NCBI RefSeq assembly: GCF_001186125.1
Contig: NW_014040324.1
Location: 50,561 to 90,561 of the forward strand
From: Sphaeroforma arctica JP610
Lineage: Eukaryota
Direction: 5' to 3'
Length of the DNA: 40,001 nt
Positions 1 through 11,754 of this stretch are shown here, piece after piece. Below the pieces are notes generated by a model. It saw only the letters and a list, made by a program, of their open reading frames with translations. It ran no database searches and was not told the origin of the DNA. The translations under genes were made by a program, and so were the position numbers. How positions within the stretch are numbered: the stretch's first letter is position 1; every line of letters begins with the position of its first letter.

Positions 1-315
1 TGTATATATGTATATATGTATATACATACATATACATGTATATGTATATATGTATATAAGTATATAAGTATATATATATAAAGTATATATAAGTATATAT
101 ATTTATATATGTATATATGTATATATGTATATATGTATATGTATATGTATATATGTATATATATATATATGTATATATGTATATATATATACTACTTCTT
201 TCTTTGTGGGTGTGTGTTTTGTTCATTGTGGTGTTGTGTTGTCAAAGTCAAATGTGAAATGTCGAGTGTCGTTATTTCAACTATATATGTATATATGTAT
301 ATATGTATATGTGTA

Positions 316-356
<41 letters not shown>

Positions 357-498
357 ATATATATATATGTATATATGTATATATATATATATGTATATAT
401 GTATATATATATACTACTTCTTTCTTTGTGAGTGTGTGTTTTTTCATTGTTGTGTTGTCAAAGTCAAATGTGAAATGTCGAGTGTCGTTATTTCAACT
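1..498. repeat. (TA)n/(TATATG)n microsatellite containing a tandem duplication of a ~90-bp unique segment (about 190-282 and 411-498)
   Basis: Low-complexity TA/TATG runs; the segment 'tactacttctttctttgtg...gtcaaagtcaaatgtgaaatgtcgagtgtcgttatttcaact' occurs twice. Confidence 0.9.
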
Positions 499-3400
499 CT
501 GCATTCTGCAATCTACATCCATGATCCACTCTAAGTCTTGAGTCTCTGCTCTGAGTCTACTGTCTACTGCTGGACTCTACAGACTACAATACACGCGTAT
601 ACCGTTATACGACGCAGATGAAAGACTGCATGCACGGACCAATGTACAATATATTAGGCTACATAATACCTCTGCAAGGGGGATCTATTGTCGACAAAAA
701 GGACTTATTTTGTTTGTTTTTTTACTAAGAATTAAAAAAGAGTCCCAGAGACCAGATTCTCAGAGAGTCTCATTCCAGACTCCATACTCCAGTCTCCAGA
801 CTCCAGAGTCCAGAGTCCAGAGTCTTTTAACAAGAGTGTTTAGCTCTTTAAGAAAGCCAACAGTCGGTTACTTTAGTAAAATGTATATTTATAAACACAA
901 GCACGTACTCATAGAGCTAAGCTCAATAAGTTAACCGTTAAAACCTTTTATTACATGCCGATATAAGCGTTATTGTCCTATGGATTTCAGATGGGGTGTA
1001 ATTTCTAGGTCCGCAAATTTGTCCCCAGTTGAGGCTGTTGAGCGCGCCAAATATGACCGGGCTCCGAGTTCCTATTTTCTATTGACTATGCCAACCGAAT
1101 AATATATTCAGTTTGTTTTCACTTTCCGGCAATATCCACAACTCATTTCTCAGTTCTCGACTTCTCGCCCCTATTAGCACCGTATACAATCAAAATATAA
1201 ATCCACGGGCGCAAAGTTGTAGTCAAAAGTCAAAGGAATTGGGATCTGCGTTATCAAAATCATGGCGAGCTGATGATTGGTCGACACTCTCAATATAGCC
1301 CACTTCGTGGATTTTAGGTGCACATTCATATTTGGGCTACATAGCCGTTTTAAAGTTTATAGAACATTTAAAGTTCAATTTTTATTCAGCATACACATAA
1401 CGGAATGAGCTTAGTCATAGAGTCACACACTCACAGTAAGAGAGTCTCAACTCATCAAGTTCTCTCTCTTATACTCTTCTGTTCTCTTTTCTTCTGCACT
1501 GTCTCACCTTCTCTTTCTCTTCTTTTATTGTGTTGTTGTTTGTGAATACATGATGTGTGACAGACTGACAGTGGGTGTATGTTCACTGTGTTGTTTGTGA
1601 CTGTGAGGTTTTGTAGTGAAATTCACACTTCACACCACACTCGCAGTTCTGACTTCACAGAGTTCACAGTTCTTGCCACACTCGCAGTTCTGACTTCACA
1701 GAGTTCACAGTTGTTGTGGACACAACACAAGAAACAGCGCATTAATTCTCAGCCACACAGTGACTCACTAACGCACGCGCACAAAAAGAGACTTACAGAG
1801 AGAGAGATTGTCTGAATGCGAGCCACAGAGAGAAAGAGAAGAGTGAAGAGTGAACTGACATACAGTTATCAATCATGGGCGGCTGAGCCCTGTCACCCGC
1901 ATGAGTCTTAAAAGGAGCATCTTAATACCAAATCCCGGAATCCAGTATAAATCCACTTTGACCGTTTTTTTATTTATTTATATATTTCCAGTGATATGAC
2001 ATGTACACTTTGTCGTCTGGACTCTGGACTCTGTAGCAATGGACGGTCGCAACTGTACACAACTGCACACTCTGGGGGGACTGGGCCCGCTAACCTCAAA
2101 CCGTTTTCCGTTAAAACTTTTATAAATCGAATAAATATACATTTACGTTCAACTTTTATTCTATAGGCGGTCTTTTGTGTGCTCACAGGCGCACCTTGCA
2201 GATCTAAACATTTTGAGTGTACTGTTTTTACCATTCGAACTAGTCCTATAAATAACAGGTAGGCTCTTCTGATCACATTATAACGGTCATAACGTTTTAA
2301 AATTGAATAAATATGCGTTTACGTTTAACTTCTATTCCATACCCCATAACGTAATTAGCTTAGCTCTGTGGTATAACAACTGTCACAGCAAGAGAAGAAG
2401 AGACTGCAGAGAAGACTCAGACGAAGTCAGAACTTATGGGAGTGCCGAGAGTGAGAGGTTGTTTTGTCAAGAAGTGAGCAGCTGTGAAGTCACTGAAGTG
2501 TGAGACTGAGAACTTGAGAAGTCGAGACGTCACTATGACAAGTAGTCTACACCCACAAGAGAAGAGAGAGAGTCTGTACATAACTGTATCTAAAAGAGTA
2601 TCAAAGAGAGCGAGAGTGTTCAAACTCCAATGAGACTCATCACTCCTAGTCCTAACTCCAATACACACCACTCCTCACTCTCTAGTACTCCCAAGAAGAG
2701 GGCCAAGAGCCTAATCCCTAAGACTAAACCAAGAAGAGCGGCGTTATCGTCGCTAAGACAATAGACATCCAGTTCTCTACTCACCACTCACCAGTTTGTC
2801 CAAAATTCTTTTGAAATCTTTATTTTACTCGCGTTGCCTTTCGGGCGCTTGGAGTATCTTGACTATGTCATTATTTACGAGTTGTCTTCTATAAGACCAC
2901 TGTGCAGTGTTCGAGAATCGAGGGACTCTTGAGTCTTGACTCTCGACTCTCGAAGTCCATTTTTGCAATTTGCATATGTAGCCTTCTTCTGGACGACAGG
3001 TCAATATGACTATGTAAACTCAGTCACTCAAGGCTCAGTCAAGAGAGTCAATACTCAATACTCGATAGTCGATACTGAATACCCTTTCACTTTTGGGCCT
3101 TTTATCTTCAGTTCTTCACTCTTTAGAAGGCTAAAAATGTTTTTTTAATAAAATATATCTTGTATTTACATACTCTAGTCTATTTTGTATCTGTTGATAA
3201 ATTTTTTTTACACAAAACATGGACACTTGGACAGTCTGATATTAATATACTATCATGTAGGGACCAAAGCGTTAAAATTATTACCCTAAACCAAGAGACC
3301 TAAGACATAAATCCTATGTTATAATTTGTTTTTTGATTTATTTTATATAAAAAACAAATAATTGTATTTTTTTTATAACGTATATTTTTCCAGTATTTAC

Positions 3401-3869
3401 TATTTTATACATTTTAATTTTTACAAATGTAACCTACTTTTTCATTTACATACTTGTTTTCATACTTTGCCAGGGCTCAAAAATACTTTTTATGAGCCTT
3501 CTAATAAAACATATTTCCATCGCCTTCTGAATTGAAACAACAACAAGGCTATGACATTTCATGATTTGTTTCGTGATGTCGTCAGAGGGGAGACGTGACG
3601 GCGTGACCTCGCGTGATGACAGATGTCTGATGAGTGGGAACTGGGAACTGGGAACTGGGAACTAGTAGAGGAACTAGTAAATCAGAGGAACTACAATCCT
3701 ATGCCTGTTGTACGACTCTGTGTAGTACTCTGTATCTCTGGTACAAACTGATCCGATACCCTTTTTTCTTTCTTTTTGTTGTTTTTTTAATAAAAAAATA
3801 TACAAGACTCTATACTTATACTTTCTCAAAAAATATTTTTAGTGTTATGTATATACTTTCAAACTTGCT

Positions 3870-4270
3870 TTATTGAACCTTCGCTAATTGCTTATCCTTC
3901 TTAATCTCGCGTATAAGATTCGACACCGATAGACCATTACCGTATGCATCGTATAGCGTTTCGATAGCTGATTGTACAGAATTACCACGGGCAATAAGCT
4001 TCTCCATTACCTTCCAAAAATTAATCGAAAACTGTACACTTGCTTCACACGACCCCTCTCCACCGATGTAAAATGTTTTGCTGGCTTATTCCCATTAAAT
4101 CCAAATTCATATTTGTCCCATAGTAATTTGAGTGTTCTCGAACCCTTCATCAATATGGCTGGACGAATGGTTGTACTTCTGCTTGCACCCGAATTTTCCA
4201 TCCCTTGATTATCGTCGGGATTATTATTACCATGACTATTACTATTAGGTCCAGCGGCGTGATTTTTCGA
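3870..4270 (-). pseudogene. C-terminal fragment of a GCR1_C-like DNA-binding domain of the type found on Crypton (tyrosine-recombinase) transposon proteins; one frameshift, 5'-truncated by element A1
   Basis: Translation joined across one frameshift near 4020: RTLKLLWDKYEFGFNGNKPAKHFTSVERGRVKQVYSFRL/FWKVMEKLIARGNSVQSAIETLYDAYGNGLSVSNLIREIKKDKQLAKVQ* (stop 3870-3872). Matches the LWxEYxxGxxGxKPAK.FT..ERG...Y.aYG...SVt pattern from memory. Confidence 0.55.
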
Positions 4271-6672
4271 GGTCCTGCAGCATTAACAGCATGAGCTAGA
4301 CACTTGTCGTGACTGGCCAGCTGTGTGTTGGTTGGTTACGTCCTTATTAAGCAAGGACATGCACAGTCCAGGATTGAGTTCAATCTTAACTGAATCAGTT
4401 GAGAATACTCCTATTCAGAGTTACACTCTGAAACTTGATGCTGACCTCAAAGGGTCCAGATATAACACAAAAAAAAGGCGCAGCGATGGTACGAGTTCCT
4501 GATTATGCATGTTTTCTGTAAGAACATAGGGAACAACGACCGTGAAAGTCTGTACAACGAGTTACGACGTAAATACGCAACTGAGGCTCGAGACAAGGGA
4601 CATGAAACAAAGTTTCATCCATCCCGACTTGCGTGGGAACAGTTTTATGATACTATATCCGCTCTTTTCCCCGCACACCGAGTAACCTCGAAGGGAAAGG
4701 CGGTAAATATGAAACCGCGCAAGCTCGCTGATCAAGGGTACCTCTCACGCCAGACGTCAGATGATAAACCTCATCAGACGCGTCCTAGCCAGACACGTGC
4801 TCGCGACTCCACTCAATCAACGCGACCTAATAAACGGGCACGCGCGGAAGACCAATGGCTATCACGCCAAGTCTTGTGACAAAATTCCCGACATTAAGTT
4901 GGAGTGAAAGTACTACCCGGTACAATCATTACAAAGAAAATACAACGACTCCTTAGATTAGCGTGTAATAATCCCTGTGTATTGCAACGGAAATAAAGTA
5001 CTTACATTTATTGATCCTGGTTCAGAAATTTAATGTATATCCGACCGTTTTGCATTAATGAAATATATTGAAAGGCGCACTCAAACTACTCACCTAATCT
5101 TAGCAGATGACAAGCTTCTAAGTGTGACACCATGGCCACAGATGTTAAAATCTCCCTGGCCGATGATAGAAATATCACTACCCAAGCTGTGATAGTTAAG
5201 ATGTCACAGGAGTACGACTTAATAGTCGGAATGAGTGACTTACTCACACTAGGTAAAACCGTAATTGGTTTACCAAATAACATAGGTCCTTTAAAGGATC
5301 AATCAGACGATAACTGTCTGAAACCATATAAGCCCCCGTCAGACACAGTCAGGGCATTAATACCTGACTTTGCGGACAAAATCATGGATCTGATTCTAGT
5401 AAATAAGAAGATAAAGATTACAGATTGGGCAAAATTCCGTTTTAACGACGGATATATTAGCCTTGACTTAACCAAGGTAGACTTTACTAAGCTCAAATGC
5501 CCTCCAAGAAGCTATGTTACTTGGAGACACGAAGCTGCAGTTAAAGAACAAGTTGAGAATTGGTTATCCGATGGGGTAATCGAAATCAATTACCAACAAA
5601 CGCCAGTTAACTTAGCATTATTGGCAGTTGATCAATACAACTCTGACGGAACATTTAAGAAAGTCCGAGTATTTAGATATGAGTCCAATAAATAAGTTAT
5701 TGCCGACTCATAGTTTCCATTTCCCTCGTATAAAGAAATTACTGAGACGAATGGAAGGTGGTCCGGTGTTTACTTCCATAGACCTAACACAGGGGTATCA
5801 TCAAATGCAAATTTATGAACCCCATCGTAAGTACTTTAGTTTACCTGGAAAGGTAAATAATACAGGTTTGAGCGAATATGCCGCATTAGTCAGGCGAGTC
5901 TTTCATTTCAGAGACTCAACGAACAAAACTTCAAGATTAACGAGAAGAAATTTCACTGCGCCATGAGCGAAATACAGCTTTTAGGCTACCGTATATCTGG
6001 GGAAGGTATTGAAATCGACCCCGGTAAGGTGGAACACCTGTTAGATTGGCGAACACCAACTACAGAAAGAGATGTAAACAGCATGAGTGGGTTTGTAAAC
6101 TTCTTTTCAGATGGATTACCACACTTGGCTGATTATCTTAAACCCTTTGGACACTTAAGATGACATAAAGGCAAACTAGGAGACTTGTGGACTAAAGAGT
6201 GTGATGACGAATTTAAAGCGCTCAAGCACGCAGTCCAACAAGCCCCTGTTGTACAAGGACCAGTCGATGGCGTGCCTTTTGAAATATAAACGGACGCATC
6301 AGACTTGGCACTCGGAGGTGTACTATACCAGTTTATAAATAATAAACCAAGGTATATACAATTTTTAGCCGAGCAATGAATGCATCACAGCTGAATTATC
6401 CAACTGTAGAGCAAGAGCTACTAGCCATAGTAGCAGCTTCAACACACTTCTGCGAATACTTATACGGAACAGCTTTTACGCTGATGTGTGATCAGAAGAC
6501 CCTTCAATATATGAAGGAAATGAAGCCAGACTCTTAATTACTGAGCCGATGGCATGATACAATATCAAAATTTCATTTTGATATTAAACATCTACCGGGG
6601 GTACATAACCATTCACCGGATATGTTATCACGCTTCGTACCGGACTTTAATAAATCCGTACGTGAGATACTA

Positions 6673-7113
6673 GCCACTGATTGGAAATGTAACCCCAGGG
6701 GGTTTAAACTGGCTCAAAAGATATTTGGACCACATACAGTTGACATGTTTACTGCACATCATAATGCACAACTTAAGAATTACAGGACTTCAAATCATCC
6801 TTTAGGAGATACCTTTCAACTAGACCTCTCCGAACATAATGCGTGGGCTAATCCACCATGGCAGTTAATTGCCCAATTACTATATTATGTTCATATACAC
6901 AATCTACCATAACGCTGTGTTGCCCCTTACGGAGTAAAGATTCATGGCCCAATACATTAATAAGCATGATACAATGCGAGCCAATATATTTAGTTAGGGA
7001 AGTAGATACCTTCCTAAATCAGAGTACCCGAGCCGTCCAGAGGACGCCCTGGAGACATAATTTTATCCCTATAATATGTCGTATAGGTCCCATTGGAACA
7101 ACCAAATGGACCC
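6673..7113 (+). pseudogene. DIRS-type DNA N6-adenine methyltransferase domain within family A pol
   Basis: In frame after the RNase H DMLSR: DWKCNPRGFKLAQKIFGPHTVDMFTAHHNAQL...DTFQLDLSEHNAWANPPWQLIAQLL (NPPW at 6850-6861), then after a frameshift ...PLRSKDSWPNTLISM...ICRIGP. Confidence 0.85.
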
Positions 7114-7892
7114 CCGCCCTGTCTGCCCCAGTAGCCACCAGTTCACTACCAGCCACTTTACCTGCATCCAACAACTGATTCGGCGCATCCTGGTAGGCCC
7201 GAAACTGCCGCCCATTAGCCCTGACCTCTTCAGCAATTACAGGAGTGCCACGACTTCCACGGTATCTGGACCCTCCACGAACACCTTGGATCTTTTCTCC
7301 AGCATGTTGAAGAACCACCGTACCTTCACCCGTCCCTGACACATCAACAGATGTTCCCCATACCCCGGCTAATCACGCTGTTGAAATACTACTTCCAAAT
7401 ATCGGTTCAAACCAAATCATCGCGATTGTTGGTTCCGACTATGATACTTCCAATCCAGGCCAGCCAACACATACCGAATTCATCCGTGGTCTGGTGCGGC
7501 ATTGGCTTACTCCCATCCTCGCTTCTCGACCGGATTATGACGGATAACCTGGTCCTTCTCGGTATTTCGTACTCTGCACTAACCCATTCCGCGGCACTAC
7601 ACGGCGCAGACCCGATCCGTACCACAGAGGTGAGTACTCTACTTAGTAGGTCAGCAAGCAAATATATGGAACATTCGATAGTAACAGCGTTTTGTCAAAA
7701 CCGGCCCGAATTGACTCAGCACATATCTTCCATTGTCGACTCACTTGGCCCAAGCTTCAAACGGGGATTTACTGACCACTTCTTCCCATCAATCTTTCCT
7801 GAACCACTACAGCGACTATGAGAGCCATACCATATGTTCATACATTGTAACATACATACTTGCCATTTTTGAAATAAATAATATTATCCCTA
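7114..7892 (+). mobile_element. Unclassified repeat C, copy 1, inserted in A1 pol without a target-site duplication
   Basis: Homologous to 10059-10477 (-) and 15883-16771 (+). Removing it restores the A1 frame (aaa tgg acc c|ct gag acc ttc = KWTPETF). Confidence 0.8.
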
Positions 7893-8299
7893 CTGAGACC
7901 TTCTTTAACAAGGTCAAAGAATCAGAGATTCCACTCTCTACTAAATTGAACGTTAAGCAGTTCAAATGCAACACAGGACTTTGTGAAGTCTGTGCACAAG
8001 AAATACAATCTACTAATGACACTACAGTTAAGAAGCGCCAGTCTATAGCTAGGACTCTGTTTAACAACATAAAGTCCAAGCCCGACGTTTTCAATCCCTA
8101 TTTTTAAAGGGATTAATGAAAGATAATCCCGAAGCGTATACACATATAATTCGACTGTTTAATAAGTCAGGTGTATCAAACGCACGTGAGCGCACTCATG
8201 ACACTCATGCAAAAGATGGACAGGAGTCTGGAAACACTACAGACTTAGAGATCACGCAAGTGGATTCTCAACACCCTACCTTTATTCTGGAGGAGCAGA

Positions 8300-9295
8300 A
8301 TGATGAAAACATTCTTGCTTGGCTGACGCCAAACCATAAACTGAAGCACCAGAACATAGTAGACGCACTTAAAGATGCTAAGCGAAATGGGATCACGCAC
8401 CCTAAGCTGGCAACTTTAGTTGACAGAGTATATCAGTCATGTACAGACTGTGATCTCAACCAGGTCAAGCGCTATGGGTTCGCACCGCTTAAGAGTGTGA
8501 CTGAAGATGTTCCATAGCGCAGGTTCATCATTGATCTGGTTGACCTGCCTACGTCCGAGCACACAGGCAACCGTTACGTATGCTACTTCATTGATGTAGC
8601 GTCACTGTATAACTTGCTCTATCCTTTAAAGGACAAGAGTACGCATTCCATGGCAGAATTATGTTGCCAAGTCTTCGCTGACCACGGGTTGCCAGGTATA
8701 ATGTGTACTGATAACGGTAGCGAGTTCTGCGATGACGTATTGGAATCGTTAGTGCTCGTATCAGACATGTGCCATAAAAGGGGTGTACCATATAAACCGC
8801 AAACACAAGGCGCGAATAAAACGTGCCATAGAAGACTTAAGTTCTTCTTACGTACTACATTAACGGATGATGCAGATCATAGGCCGTACCACCTTAAGTG
8901 GGTACAAACATAGGTGAACGAGTGTGCTGATCCGGTTACAGGTACAACACCCGCTCACTATTTTCGTGGCACATATAGCGAGTTACAAATACCTTTGAAC
9001 AAGGACGAACCTAATCACCATGAGTTACCATGGTTAGAGAAGGCACAACGTATTTACAACGTTGTATATCCTTGCTTGCGAGAGACACGTAATGTGGCCT
9101 TATTAAAAAGGCAAAATAGATGGAATGCTACCAGAAAGATATCAGAGTATCAGATTGGAGAGTGAGTTAACATCCGTCAACGTAATTCCGATGCTACTGT
9201 ACTAACATCGAAACGGATAGGACCATACATAATCTCTGTAGCCGACACTAAAAGTGGAACCTGTGAGGTTAATAACCCCGACGGTTCTAGTGCTT
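8300..9295 (+). pseudogene. Retroviral-type DDE integrase (HHCC, rve core, GPY/F motif) of A1
   Basis: HKLKH...CTDC; P*RRFIIDLVDLP...YFIDVAS...DHGLPGIMCTDNGSEF...YKPQTQGAN; YQIGE*V...KRIGPYII. Confidence 0.9.
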
Positions 9296-9305
9296 TAAAT
9301 ATAGG

Positions 9306-9823
9306 TTAATAGTACCAGGAATTTAAGTTTCCTAAATGGTTATTATCGGTTTTATTAATTAATACCTTTTCCATTTTACATTCAGATATTTGGACAAGGC
9401 CATTAAAAGGCCCCAGTAAAAGACAAACATAAGATTTGGTCTAGTTCTACTAATAGAACTATATTTACTTTCCAAATCTATTTATATCTGAATACTTCGG
9501 TAGCGAGATGGCTCAACCGAACATAGGTTTCTAAGGACTATTAGCGTTGCTTAGTTTATCCTCCGTTCAGCCAACCAGATGTGCCAGTCTGATGAAGGCT
9601 AAGTCGGTAATTCTTGATACGTGACAAGTTATTAGTTAATGCAATAACTATGGACATCAACAATATATATTTTTTCTAAAGATAAGATTTTATGAGTCTC
9701 TCGGATTCGCCCCAACGAAACATACCATAGTTTCTAATAGAGCGACAACGAAACACTAAATAAAATCCCTTCGGCGAAAACAGTACTGAGAGGATTATAT
9801 ATTGGCAATGTCTCAGCCTCACA
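9306..9823 (-). repeat. LTR (partial), most likely the 3' LTR of element B
   Basis: Direct repeat of ~17842-18374. On the minus strand it begins TGTGA at 9823, immediately after a purine-rich 'tctgagggat' (weak PPT), and contains TATAAATAG near 9478-9486. Confidence 0.7.
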
Positions 9824-9899
9824 ATCCCTCAGAGTATTGCTGTTTTCACGAGGCATACCTAACTTTACTAAAAAGACTCATTTCGTTTATTTTTTCGAA

Positions 9900-11545
9900 T
9901 TTAGCTATACTTAGACTTAACCTAAGCGTTTAATTACTCTAAGACGTTAATATCGCCTTGATAGACCGAGTCTTACAGAGGTAATTATTATATTGTGTAT
10001 GTAAATTTATATCCCTGAGTGTCTTTGCCTACAAGATGATAGAGGATATATCTTATATTAGGGAAAATATTATTTATTTCAAAAATGACAAGTATGTATG
10101 TTACAATGTATGAACATATGGTATGGCTCTCATAGTCGCTGTAGTGGTTCAGGAAAGATTGATGGGAAGGAGTGGTCAGTAAATTCCCGTTTGAAGCTTG
10201 GGCCAAGTGAGTCGACAATGGAAGATATGTGCTGAGTCAATTCGGGCCGGTGTTGACAAAACGCTGTTACTATCGAATGTTCCATATATTCGCTTGCTGA
10301 CCTACTAAGTAGAGTACCCACCTCTGTGGTACGGATCGGGTCTGCGCCGTGTAGTGCCGCGGAATGGGTTAGTGCAGAGTACGAAATACCGAGAAGGACC
10401 AGGTTATCCGTCATAATCGGGTCGAGAAGCGAGGATGGGGATAAGCCAATGCCGCACCAGACCACGTATGAATTCGGTCCATAGTGACTCATCTAATGGT
10501 GGCTCCGTAGCCCGGTGAACTAGCCGAATAATCTCTATATTAACTGGGCGATCTCTGATTTCCGGCGGTTTGCTGCCATCCTTGTATCGTAGATGGTAAC
10601 TCTGATTCATACGACTATGAATTACATACGGACCCAGCAAAGGCTTCATAGCTTTGGTAGTCGCCTCTTGTGCGAGTATCATGACAACGTTACCTGGCTT
10701 AAATTCAATTAAATCAAACTTCCGCATTTGGTCAGTAACCTCCGCCATAGCATCAGTGTACTTGATGGTTTTCTGATGAAGTTTTGACAGAATCGTCTTC
10801 TCAAGGTCATCCAATCGCTTAAGCCATGCATCATTCATGGTCGGAATATGATCAGGTAAGTCATCAGTCATGTCTGCAAATGGAACATGGCAGCGCCCAA
10901 AGTAAACACTAAATGGTGCTGACTTGTGTCGACGTGTTATCCGGAGGTTCTGGTAAAGCATAGTAAAAGGTAGGCGTTCATCCCACAATTCCGGACAGCC
11001 AACACAGACGCACACATATGTGAATTTCTTTGTTTCGGCGCTCTGCCGCACCCAAAGTTTGAGGACGATATGATTGAGATGTCTTGTGTATAATTCCGAA
11101 TCCTCATGATATAGACCTGATAATGTTGTTGATAAATTCAGTCCCCTCATCACTCTGAATTTTCAGAGGAAAGCCATGCTTCACCAAATACCGACACTAA
11201 CTCTGTCGCCACCGTCTTAGCATCTTTTGCAGGCAGCGCCGGTAGAATAGAGTATCCGGATGCCACATACAAGACATGTAGAATAAGCTTGTTGCCTTTA
11301 GTAGATGTTACTGCCATCGGAATGATATCCATTTGAATGTGATCCCATGGATAACGTGCCGTAATACTCATTAAAGGATAAAATCCGTTATTCATAGTGT
11401 CATTACCTAAACATGTGCGACATAATTTTCGGACCTCTTCCGTTATTGGAAGCATTTGGTCCCAATTGTGTCCATCGTCTCGCATCTGTTGCACTATGAC
11501 CGCTGGAGCAGGATGTCCTTGTTCATGAAACTGCCAAGTAAGTTG
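9900..11545 (-). pseudogene. Integrase of element B with a GPY/F motif and a putative decayed C-terminal chromodomain, interrupted by repeat C copy 2
   Basis: FHEQGHP...CRTC...YPWDHIQMDII...SAPFSVYFGR...FKPGNVVMI...LLGPYVI. After excising C: DESLWNIRYILYHLVGKDTQGYKF...DSVYQGDINVLE*LNA. Confidence 0.75.
10059..10477 (-). mobile_element. Unclassified repeat C, copy 2 (shortest)
   Basis: Reverse complement of ~7474-7892 with the same fixed end (...AATAAATAATATTTTCCCTA). Excision restores tgg a|at ata aga in frame. Confidence 0.8.
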
Positions 11546-11754
11546 TACCCGGCTATTAGCTTCTTCATGTCCAGGATGATTGAGCACCGTCGCCCCCACA
11601 CAAATTTCAGTCACCTGTTCCGCAATCTGGCGTGTACGTCTGGTCATGGCTGGTTGCGCCCATGTCTCTTGATAACGATCATTAGCTTCCTCACACACTG
11701 GTACTTCGAGACCCAAGCTACGCCAAAATGACGGAGAAACTTTATAACCCGATG

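Larger units (their letters stand above)
4273..9300 (+). mobile_element. Ty3/Gypsy LTR retrotransposon family A, copy A1 (degenerate, 5'-truncated): gag 3' part, protease, RT (YxDD deleted), RNase H, N6-adenine MTase, integrase
   Basis: Protease FIDPGS (~5010); RT IDLTQGYHQM; RNase H TDASDLALGGVLYQ...ELLAIV...HF...IKHLPG...PDMLSR; integrase HxxxH...CTDC, IDLVD...TDNGSEF...PQTQG, and GPY (~9220). Many stops and frameshifts; colinear with copy A2. Confidence 0.9.

Noticed and set aside
109..541. ORFs rich in Y/I/M/C (also at 34722-35367 and 35709-36055)
   Set aside because: Translations of TA/TATG microsatellites.
4273..9300. RIP-like directional mutation between A1 and A2
   Set aside because: Differences look largely synonymous and mixed in type, with no clear one-way C-to-T bias by eye.
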